A stretch of DNA of 64,000 nucleotides from Octopus sinensis (Eukaryota). The stretch covers positions 67,270,001 to 67,334,000 of the forward strand of contig NC_043002.1 in assembly GCF_006345805.1 (NCBI RefSeq), in the 5' to 3' direction. Below the pieces are notes generated by a model. The model was not told the origin of the DNA, ran no database searches, and saw nothing but the letters and a program-made list of their open reading frames with translations. Positions 52,383 to 63,357 of the stretch are shown one piece after another (position 1 is the first letter of the stretch; the number at the start of each line of letters is the position of its first letter). Made by a program: the position numbers and the translations under genes.

Positions 52383-52626
52383 GTTTGTGTATGTTGGGGC
52401 GCGCACGAATGAGATGAAATTGAATTTGTGAAAATCCGATAACTGGGTCCAAACTAAGAAATTCGTACAATCCACAGGTTTAGCACTGTTTCAACTGGTT
52501 CGTATTTAGTCCGTCCTCTTAACCAAATGATATATAACGGCGAATCCCGAGCGCTTCGACAATTCTGTGTTATCTGCCAAGTCTAGGGTACATTCATATC
52601 TTTTATATCATTATTATTATTATTAC

Positions 52627-52665
<39 letters not shown>

Positions 52666-52962
52666 TATTATTATTATTATTTAATTGTTAATTATTACCA
52701 ATTGCTAGATGCAAAGTAGGATATTGTAGGGTTGAGAAGTGATGGTGCAGCTTTTATTTTTTATTCTGATTCCGGACAGATATTTTGCATGTATATATAC
52801 ATATATATATATATTTATTCATATTTGTACCAACTACCTGTGGCCGTTTGTTCTTCTCACCGTTCTTTACGTCCGCTCACTTATTCCTAGCAGTTTTTTT
52901 TGTTTTTTGTTTTTTTTGACAGATAGATAGATGGATAAATAGATCTCTCGATTGATCGAGGA

Positions 52963-53031
<69 letters not shown>

Positions 53032-53080
53032 AAGAAAGAAATAAAGATAGATAGATAGATAGAAAGAAATAAAGATAGAT

Positions 53081-53159
<79 letters not shown>

Positions 53160-53347
53160 CAGATAGATAGATGAACACTACTATTGTTAGATGTGTGAAA
53201 TTGTTATGATTTTGGAGCGATAACCGATGACGGAAGCCGACGTCCTGTGTGTGAATTTAGCGGGTGTTCATTTGGTGTCCTGTGTAATTTTTGAATATGT
53301 ATGTGTGTGTGCGTGTGTGTGTTTGTATTGTTGTGTTTGGCGAGAGC

Positions 53348-53384
<37 letters not shown>

Positions 53385-54069
53385 TTGTTTTTCCTTTACT
53401 GGTTTCAGTTATAATGCTGTGGTTACGAAGAAGCACCGTCCTCAAGGATCTAGTCACTTGTATTGATAACAGGGCTTATTTTATCTTTCTCTCTTTATCG
53501 GACCGCTGGAATACGGGACGTACGGAAGAATACAGAAGACAATCGTGTCTGGGGGGGAAGCGTGTGTTCGTGTGTGCGTGTGCGTGCGTAATACCTTTGT
53601 CTGTTTATGCATGCGTTGGTGCGTACGAACGAGGTGGAATCAAAGTTTCTAAACCGAATGCCACACTGCCTCCCTCTCCTCTCTGTCTCTCTCTCTCCCT
53701 CCCTCACTCTCTTTCTGAATACTATAAAGCAATATTGATCGGAAGGTTGATAGGGCCAGTGAAATAAACAACACAAATAGGTATCTATCAGCAAGTGATT
53801 ACTAGATATTGATAGTAGTAATCGATCAAAAGCTAGCCTCGATTTAATCAATTAAAGATGAGGAACCGGACACCTTAAAACAGTCCGACGTTGTCCTCAA
53901 CTTCGTTCTGGCAACTTCTACAACATTCGTCTCGAGCTGGATAAACCCTTTCATTTTACTCCGACAGACAACACCAAATATCTTAGAAGAGAGATGCTTA
54001 CTGTGTGGGCAACTCCATTGTTACCTCACCCTGTTCTGTCAACGCTGCTATTCTTTTCTTTTCTACTCT

Positions 54070-54255
54070 ATGCACAAGGCCCGAATTTTTTTGGAGAGGT
54101 GGGAGCCTGTTGAATAGTTCGACTCCAGTACACAACTGGTACTTAATTTATCGACCCCTAAACGAGGAAAAGCAAAGTCGATTCCGGTAGAATATGAACT
54201 CAGAACGTAAACATATACGCCGGGCATGCTAACGTTTCTGCCAGCTCGCCGCCTT
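54070..54255 (-). mobile_element. SINE family B
   Basis: Ends gccagctcgccgcctt (reverse complement of the head). Confidence 0.8.
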
Positions 54256-55330
54256 TCTGTCAAAGCTGATATTGAAGGAGTTTTCTGGGTTTAGATCAAT
54301 TGTCTGACGAGACATACGGTGCTAAAGAAGCTACATAAAACATTTAAAAAAAAAAAAGAAAAAGAAAAAGGAAAGGGAAAAATTCCTATTATTTCACCGA
54401 AAACAAAACTTAATAACCATCGCTAGCTCCGTCCATACCTACGTTTCAATATTTTTAAGTATAACCTGTTCTGTTATTGTCGGTGCGTGCCTCTCTCCGT
54501 TTTGTTTTGTTTTTCTCACTGTGATTATTGAATAAACTAGGAAATATAAACGGTGTGTATGTATAATCCGCGTGGTTGTATAAACAATGAACAGCAAGGA
54601 CTATAAGCAATGGAAAACATCGGCAGGAAATGTCAACACCCGCCGAAAAAAAAAAAACAACAATGCTTTCAGAAATGTCGTTCTGTGTAGCTAGCTGTGT
54701 GACACTTAACGTCCTCAGGTAGATAGGATGGGAAGAGCTAAATTCTATGCAGATAGACTTGAGTGTAAGGAAAAGTGTTTTATCCGCCGGGCTTGAACGA
54801 AGTATGAATGTTGAAGAAGGAAGAGAGAAGAGAGAAAAGAGAGGGAAAAGAAGAGAAAAGGAGAGACGTGGTGTGTGCTTGCGTGTGTGTGTGAAGGGGA
54901 AGATGCTGATGTTGGAGGAGAGATTTTATAAAAGTTACACACACACACACACAAGGAAGAGAGGCGAACCGCTCACACACAAGAAAGATGAATCGCTCGC
55001 ACACACGAACATAGAGAGAAACACAAATAAACTTTAAAATGAGCCGAGATGGGGAAATAACAGACACATGCGCATTCATTCAATAAACGTTTTGCGTACT
55101 ACAGAAGTGTGCAGGAACGTGTGTGTATGTGAGTGTGTGCGTGTGTATCTTTGTATGTGTGTGTGTGTATGGCATGTTTATGTGAGCGTGTGTGCGCTTG
55201 TATGTGTCGCACATGTGTGCTGTTTGGCATGTGGTGTGTGTTTGTAGGGTATATACATATACATACATACACACATACATACATACATACATACATACAT
55301 ACATACATAAAATATATATATATATATATA

Positions 55331-55634
55331 TAATACAAAATGGGACAAGAACGCAAAACACTCAAATAGACGACACAAAAAAACGGACGGGTCATTCGAA
55401 GCCTCTAATCTTCAGTCAAGAACCGGATCATCCTCGCAATTTCGGCTGATTAATCTTGAGATCGCTCCGATCCGGCCAGCCCCAAGGAAAAACTAAGCTA
55501 CGAGCATTAGATTCTTGGGAAAAGGATCGAATGTTATCGAAACAGGACAGAAAAACGGACGATGCCACACGAATATAAATACAAAAAACAATAATAGTAA
55601 TAACAGGACAAAAACAGCGGGTGTCTTACGACTT
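55331..55634 (-). mobile_element. Non-coding repeat in (TA)n, homologous to the first half of the 43-kb duplicated unit; possibly a Penelope-type terminal repeat
   Basis: Shares aaaatgggacaag.acgcaaaaca...acgggtcattcg...aatttcggctg...atcgctcc with 43195-43328. Confidence 0.55.
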
Positions 55635-56029
55635 TATATATATATATATATAATATATATAATATATGCATGTGTACGATATGTAGTGTGTGTGTGTGTG
55701 TGTAGATGCTCACGGGCTTATATGAGCGCTTTCTTGCATCGATGTATAATTATAAGGGCCTATTGTATTGCTTGTGCGCTCGTATACACACAAACATATG
55801 CCCAAGCACATGCGTGGATATATATGTGTGTGTGTGTGTTTGTGTGCGAGAGTATGTGTGTTTATGAGTGTGTTACACGTATGTGTTCGTGAGCTTATGT
55901 GGGGCAGTGTTTGTGTCAATCAATGAATGTGATGGTATGTATGCGTGTGTGACCGTGTGTTGCTTCAAAGGATTACGAATTGACTTAACGCGTAGTTAAA
56001 AGTTTTCGATACGCTGTGATCATGTGATC

Positions 56030-56031
56030 TG

Positions 56032-56080
<49 letters not shown>

Positions 56081-56415
56081 TTGTGTGTTTGTCTGTCCGT
56101 CGTCCGTCCGTCCGTCCATCCGTCCGTACGTCTGTCTGTCCGTCTGTCCATCTGCCAGTCTGTTTGTCTGTCTGTCCGTCCGTCCGTCCGTCCGTCCATC
56201 CGTTCGTACGTCTGTCCGTCTGTCCATCTGCCAGTCTGTTTGTCTGTCTGTCCGTCCGTCTCTCTGTCTAGTTGTCTGTTTCTCTCTCTTTATGTATATA
56301 CGTATATATATGTATATTTATATGTGTATATTATATATATACCCTTCTATCTATCTATCTATCTATCTATCTAAATGTGTGTGTGTGCGTGTATGTGTGT
56401 GTGTGTGTGTGTGCG

Positions 56416-56455
<40 letters not shown>

Positions 56456-56460
56456 CGCGT
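56030..56460. repeat. (TATC)n/(TCCG)n/(TCTG)n/(TG)n field with a ~76-bp internal duplication
   Basis: ccatctgccagtctgtttgtctgtctgtccgtccgtc occurs at ~56148 and ~56224. Confidence 0.9.
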
Positions 56461-56800
56461 ATGTATATGTGGATTGAAAGAGCCTGAAGTTACTATCTCA
56501 ACTTTGTTTCATCAAACGGCCCACACACACACACGTTTATGAACGCCCACTTTCACATACACACATATCAATACACACACACACACACCACACACACACA
56601 CACACACATTCCTACAAAACACTCGCACACACTTACATAAACACATACATTAAGCAATGAAGATGTGTTTGTCGCAGAATTTGTCACAGCAAAACATAAA
56701 TACTCCCACATTTAACTCTCTTACACACACCACACACACAAACGCATACACGCAAGCGCGTACATACACTCGAACCTCTCTCCTTATCTCTTTCTCTCTG

Positions 56801-56845
<45 letters not shown>

Positions 56846-57139
56846 TACATATAAACACACACAGGCACACACAACCGCACACACAAATGTATACACAAGT
56901 GCTATACACTTGCACCTCTCTCTCTCTTACCCCTCCCTCTATCTCACACATACATTCACACACACATACATACACTCACACACACACAATCTCCCTCATT
57001 CTCCATCTTTGTGGTTAAAACGTTTGTTTCACAACCACATGGTTTCAGGTTCAGCCCCACTGAAAGCCGACACTTCGAAGTTATTGTCACTTCTCTTTAA
57101 AAAAAATTGTTAAACATATATGCATGTATATATGCATTT

Positions 57140-57752
57140 ATGTATGTATGTATATGTGTGTGTGGGCGTTTATGTCTGTATTTATCTTTCATCTTTTGAC
57201 AACCGGTGTAGGTTTGTTGACGTCATCGTAATTTAATAGCCCGTCAAAAACTTTTAAAAATTGATAGAATGAAAATAGCCTCAAAAGAAACAATGAGGGT
57301 TGATTCGGACGACTCTTTTACTTGTTTCAGTCATTTGACTGTGGCCATGCTGGAGCACCACCTTTAGTCGAGCAAATCGACCCTAGGACTTATTCTTTGT
57401 AAGCCTAGTACTTATTCTATCGGTCTCTTTAGCCGAACCGCAAAGTTACGGGGACGTAAACACACCAGCATTGGTTGTCAAGCGATGCTGGGAGAACAAA
57501 CACAGACACACAAACATATACGCGCGCGCGCGCACACACAAACATATACACACATACATACATATATATATATATATATACATGTATAGGACGGGCTTCT
57601 TTCAGTTTCCGTCTACTAAATCCACTCACAGAGCTTCGGTCAGGCCGAGGCTACAGTAGAAGACACTTGCCCAAGGTGCCACGCAGTGGGACTGAACCCG
57701 GAACCATGTGGTTCGTGAGCAAGCTACTTACCACACAGCCACTCCTACGCCT
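57140..57752. mobile_element. Tail-to-tail SINE family A pair (degenerate 3' half on +, full copy 57315-57752 on -)
   Basis: Matches to 4353-4771 on opposite strands. Confidence 0.8.
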
Positions 57753-58005
57753 ACAAAAAAAAATTAAAAACAAAACATGAGGCTGGTGCCCCACCATGTC
57801 CGCAGTCCAGTGATTGAAACAAAAGTATAAAAGATAAACCAATACCCTTCCTCCTCACTGTCTATCTCTCTCTTCCTCTCTCTTTGTCATACAAGCACGC
57901 ACACACACGCACACAATGATACAGGAACTAAAGGAACATAAGCGACTCCCATTCAATCTCATTCGCATCCACTTTCCCACTCTACCTCTCTCGTTGATTT
58001 TACTC

Positions 58006-58046
<41 letters not shown>

Positions 58047-58060
58047 ATCTTTCACCTCCC

Positions 58061-58200
58061 AATATTTAGTCCGTAATGGCTTGTCGGAAAAGAATATTTA
58101 ATCCGTAATGGCTTGTCCGATAAAACATATCCTGTTTCGGCTATGGACTTACGGGAAACCAAATATATTTTGTCGGACAAACGGTTACGGACTAAATATT
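58061..58200. mobile_element. Small foldback/MITE-like element, unclassified
   Basis: Terminal 16-bp perfect inverted repeat aatatttagtccgtaa / ttacggactaaatatt, extending imperfectly to ~35 bp; internal direct repeat of the left arm. Confidence 0.7.
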
Positions 58201-58335
58201 CACCATTAGGCTTATCATTGAGAACTTTATTCTAAGTGGCCAGATATGGCTACATCTTGTATGTATGTATATATGTGTATGTGAGAGATTTAGAAATGTG
58301 ATGTGTGTTGTGTATATAATTATATATCTAATAAT

Positions 58336-58371
<36 letters not shown>

Positions 58372-58790
58372 ATAATATTATTATAGATATATATATATAT
58401 AGGCAATATAAGTTGAATTGACTCCTGACTATAGGCTGAAACAGCTGTAAGGAGTAGTTTATTTGTATTATTTTTATTATTATATTACATATAGATGTAT
58501 ATTGTTTTGCTCGATTTTGATGTTCCCATTTGTATAATTAATAAATAATGTGAAATCATACTATCCGTATGTTGATGTTCGAAATGAATTTGTTTCTCCA
58601 TTTTCTTATTTGTATTATGAATTTATGGTAAAAATATTTTTTTAACCTTCACCCATTCAATACAATAAATGAATTAATTGCATTGCAATTAAAAGCATTT
58701 ATGTATTTAGTATTTGGGTACTTTACCAGCAGTATATTGGATAACTGATATCCCATAGTGGGTTACTTTCATAACTCCTATCTTACTTTG

Positions 58791-58834
<44 letters not shown>

Positions 58835-58857
58835 TGCGCGAGTGTGTGTAAAGCTGT

Positions 58858-59160
58858 GGAGGCACATGTCCTGGTGGTTAGAGCAGCGGACTCGCGGTCG
58901 AGGGATCGCGGGTTCGAATCTAAGACCGGGCGATGTGCGTGTGTTTATGAGCGAAAACACCTAAGCTTCACGTTGCTCCGGCAGAAGTTAATGGCGAACT
59001 TCTGCTGACTCTTTCGCCACAACTTTCTCTCACTCTTTCCTCCTGCATCTTGCAACTCCCCTGCGACGGACCGGCGTCCCGTCCAGGTGGGGAACCTATA
59101 CGCCAAGGAAACCGGGAAACCGGCTCTATGAGCCAAGGAAACCGGGCAACCGGCCCTATA
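58858..59160 (+). mobile_element. SINE family C, second subfamily
   Basis: Head ggaggcacatgtcctggtggttagagcagcggactcgcgg...gggttcgaatct. Confidence 0.85.
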
Positions 59161-59379
59161 TATATATATATAGGTGTCCAGTACTGAGGAGTGACAGAAT
59201 TAGCCTGAAATTAGGACTGGTCTACAGGTCCCTTCGCTAAGAGATGGTAGGGGTTCGCTCCCCTGCGCGCAATTTTATCGGATGCAGCCGTGCATCACTA
59301 ACCAGCTAGAGGAGATGTCCTCTTGGGGTTAAAAAATCACAGTAGAGTCCAGACTGCCATGTTAAAGAGGCTACATGCA

Positions 59380-59830
59380 TATATGGGTACAGGACGTCGC
59401 CAACGGTTCAAACAACATGAAATACGTAAACAACGAGAAAAAATGGAAAGCAGGACAAGTAAACACAGAGAAAGGACCCTTCATCAGTTGTCGGCTATCT
59501 ACTCCTCATTTTGAGCATTTAACGACAATATGAGTCTTCAAAGACAGTTGCTTCTATAAATTCTAATATTTAGGATTTATGGAGGGTCAAAGTTGGAAAC
59601 AAAAACATGACAGTGGAGACATTCAAGGAAGCCGAGCGAAAACAAACATGGAGGGTGATTAGACCACAACGAGAGGAAAATAGCGAACGCTATGAGAAAC
59701 ATTTTTGTAAAAAGAGGAAAGATAGATGGGAAAGAAAAAACGCCCGTTGTTTTGAACGTACGTGCAGGAAAAGAAAGATGGCCACGTGACGAAAAGAAAG
59801 ATGGATGATGGTCACGTATGAGCAACGAGC
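59380..59830 (-). mobile_element. Degenerate Penelope-like 3' end (endonuclease C-terminus plus terminal repeat)
   Basis: IRDHH...LFSLGFLECLH resembles the PLE H..DIR...IFSLG.L.P.GLN motif; the terminal part recurs at 49878. Confidence 0.5.
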
Positions 59831-60549
59831 AAGAGAGAGAGGGGGAGACGGATAGAAAACGTGGAGGGAGGGAAAGAAAAAGGAATTATAGGAACGTCAT
59901 GCATCCATTTACATGAAAGTATATATATATATATATAATATATTATATAGATATATTATATATATAATAAATATATATGTAATATATATATTATTATATA
60001 TATAATATATATACGTACATATAGATAGTTAAATATATATGAGGATATTATTGTTTATAATAATATCAGTGGCTTAGCATGCGTAAAAAAATCCATAACG
60101 GTAAAAAAATTATCAATTAATAATTAAGGGTATTAGCAAGCGGTACTGGCATGCTAAATACAGTGTTTAATTTTCACTTAAACACAAAGGTGTAAGTGGG
60201 CAAATGAATATGTGTGTGTGTCTGTGTGTGTATATATATGTATATGCTCATGTATATATATGTATATGTGTATATGTATATGTGTATGTATGTATGTATG
60301 TATGTATATATATTATTATATATATATGTAATATTAACAACTTGACTATAATTTTTACAGAAGTCACTCAAAGTGTTTGGCAAATCTACTCCGCCAGATG
60401 ACATGGCCTCATTATTGACGCATATAAATCATGTAATAAGACATATCTAAGTGGAAATCACTATTGTAATGCTTGTCTGTTCTCCGTAGAGGTTATAACC
60501 CCTCAAATTAATTTAGAAGTAGTCTAGTAATAGTATTATATACGATGTA

Positions 60550-60650
60550 NNNNNNNNNNNNNNNNNNNNNNNNNNNNNNNNNNNNNNNNNNNNNNNNNNN
60601 NNNNNNNNNNNNNNNNNNNNNNNNNNNNNNNNNNNNNNNNNNNNNNNNNT
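60550..60650. other. Assembly gap (N run)
   Basis: About 101 N; true size unknown. Confidence 1.
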
Positions 60651-60832
60651 ATGAGAATTTTTTCTTTTAAATTTTGCCCACAAGGGCCAAATTTTGTGTC
60701 GATATTTATCAAAGGTTTACAGTGGATGTTGTTGCACAACTTTTAAGCACAAAATGTTTTTGTCAATATACACTTTTAAATAGTCAAAATAAATGATTAC
60801 CTTCGGAGCTGAAACGACATCACATCCGTCAG

Positions 60833-60864
<32 letters not shown>

Positions 60865-60908
60865 CATATAGATAGATAATAGATAGATAGATAGATGATA
60901 GATAGGAC

Positions 60909-60988
<80 letters not shown>

Positions 60989-61268
60989 GACATAGATATT
61001 GTGTCGTAAAGCCAGCTGGAAACGATGTTTCCCGGGGCTAAACAACAGGAACAAGCGTCCCTTCAAGGACAGCCATATTATGTTGGCAAATAGCTTAAGG
61101 CATTAAAGAACTGTTACTGAATATCTCTCTTTGAGAGATTTAGAAATGTTAATGTTTCTACTTTTGATAGAATATTGTTTTTGTGAAAAATAAGAAAATA
61201 AAAATCAACAATCACCACAAACATAGCAGCATCATCATCGTTCTTTGCAATAAAATTGTTTTACTTAC

Positions 61269-61329
61269 CTTCAAATTTAGCACAGACAACCAAAAGCAGT
61301 AACACTAACTGTATAGTGTTATAAAACAT
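61269..61329 (-). CDS. Candidate first coding exon encoding a signal peptide (MFYNTIQLVLLLLVVCAKFE + 1 nt)
   Basis: ATG with A at -3; 20 codons with a hydrophobic LVLLLLVVC core; ends at a consensus donor GAAG|GTAAGT in phase 1; lies in non-repeat sequence. Confidence 0.55.
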
Positions 61330-61434
61330 GATTGGTTCTGAAGTGTTGCACCGGTCAAGTTTTGATTCTCTTCAAGTAACAATATCGGCTGGAACCAACT
61401 CACTTCCTTCTGAGTCATTCCAGCAGAGTTTAAG

Positions 61435-61442
61435 CTTTTATA
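61435..61442 (-). promoter_or_regulatory. Candidate TATA box (TATAAAAG) of the signal-peptide gene
   Basis: Perfect TATAAAAG about 105 nt upstream of the ATG; a TGACTCA (AP-1 consensus) lies at 61411-61417. Confidence 0.4.
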
Positions 61443-61831
61443 AGAAAAAAATGCCATTCTTGTTCTTTGTTTTTTTTTTCTGGTTTTTTGTTTCGTTTAT
61501 TTTATTTTTACTTTTTTGTAACCCACGACAAATAGTTTTAACAACAACCATGTGTAGATAAAATTAGTGAAAGAAAGGCGGTGTAGCAGGGGGTGTGGGT
61601 GGGTTAGAGAGTGAATGAAAGGACAAAAAGGAAGAGGAACGAAAGGCAAAGAGTGAAAGGGACCTTACGACGACGACGACGATGATGTTGTTAGGGCGAA
61701 AATATGTAGAGTTTATTAACGTCGCAAAAAGAACACTATCATTCTTACATATACCACAGGTGTATGTGTGTGTGTGTGTGTGTGTATGTATAAGCCTCGT
61801 ATATATATATATATATATAATATAAATATAT

Positions 61832-61907
<76 letters not shown>

Positions 61908-61926
61908 ATATAATTATATATATAAT

Positions 61927-62217
61927 GGTTGTGTGTGATTGTGTATAGAGAAATATTAATAAAAAGAATTCCAACCTGTCTGTCTGATTTTCACGTTTTA
62001 TTTACAATCTTATAATGATATATTATAAGATATATATTATTTGAATTAAATTATAATATATTATGGTTAATATATAGATCCACGCCCGGCTTTGCAAACA
62101 TGGAAAAAAATATTTTATCTTATAATATATCATTATAAGATTGTAAATAAACGTGAAAATCAGACAAGGTTGGAATTCTTTTTATTAATATATTTCTTCT
62201 ATACACATCACAACACC
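61927..62217. repeat. ~100-bp inverted repeat pair with an 85-bp spacer, flanked by (TA)n
   Basis: Arm 61927-62031 is the reverse complement of arm 62117-62217, with few indels. Confidence 0.92.
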
Positions 62218-62223
62218 CATATT

Positions 62224-62257
<34 letters not shown>

Positions 62258-62293
62258 ATATATATATACTTTATTTTAAGCAGCAAAATTCAA

Positions 62294-62344
62294 CAAAATC
62301 TGTTACTCTGAGTTTTCTCGTTGCCGTTCATCAGACAGTTTTTG
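62294..62344 (-). ncRNA. Type-I hammerhead ribozyme motif
   Basis: CAAAA-A-CUGU-CUGAUGA-A-CG(GCAA)CG-A-GAA(A)-ACUC(A)GAGU-A-ACAG-A-UUUUG. Intact CUGAUGA; extended stem I; one extra A in the GAAA run; A.A at the base of stem II. Confidence 0.6.
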
Positions 62345-63357
62345 CTAGAATGGAACTTATATATTAATTCAATCTATACTCTTACAAACGCTACACCTTA
62401 AAAAGAAAGGACTTGTTTGATTGGCCCTTTAGAAAAAACGGTCAATCTTCGAGCGATAAACAAAAAGGTCAAAATATATGTATATATATATAAAAACTTG
62501 TAAAAATTATAAAAATTATAAAATCCGAGGAAAAAACCGAGGAAAAAACCTATTGCCGTTAATGAAGACAGTACAAATTAATGCATAGAAATTAAACCCG
62601 TTATAAATACTGCAATACATATTTATATTAAAATCCACATTATATATCAACATCACAAAAGGATGCGCGTAAACGCCATACATACATATACAGACGTATG
62701 AATATGAATCTAAATTATACACATAAAAGCATGTGTACATATATTCACGCAAACCGTCTCGCACGCAAGCTAAAATTCATCTATGTAGCAATTCTCATAT
62801 ACTGAGCAAGGAGGGGGAACGAAAGAAAGGAAAGAGAAAAAAGGAACGAAAGAGGGGGGGGGAAACTTGTAGCGATGTTATTGGCATCTATAGAGGCCAG
62901 TATACATACACAAGTTTGAATTGATACATATACATACCGTCGTGTGTATGCGTGCTTAAGCACAAGCATACTTTCACTTACACATACACAGATACGCATG
63001 CTTACAAATACATATGCTTTGCTATACATATACTTATATAAACATTATAATTTTGACAACATTGCTTTTTTTAAAAAAAACATTGCTTTTAAAAATGGGT
63101 GCATTAATAAAATATATACGAAAGACATATAAAATAAAATATAACATCCTATTTTGGGTCATTTATAAATAATCAAGGTAATATAAATAATCAAGGTAAT
63201 CCTATGCAATACAATAACATGAAAACAAAGTTTGTAGGTTTTTCCTAATATATATGTAGAAACAATAAGACTTTGCTATAGATCCGTCGTAGCGCTTAAG
63301 AGTCAAAATCAAAATCAAAATCAAAATACAAAATATATACTCTATCCATATGGTATA

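Noticed and set aside
54588-54720. Short ATG-initiated frame before a possible donor cag|gtagat
   Set aside because: The frame stops after ~35 codons, before the donor; no supporting evidence.
55395-55490. Hammerhead in the 55.3-kb repeat (CUGAAGA; GGCUG...CAGCC-GAAA on minus)
   Set aside because: The motifs are in the wrong order or lack partners: no CUGANGA before the stem, and GAAU rather than GAAA after CUGAAGA.
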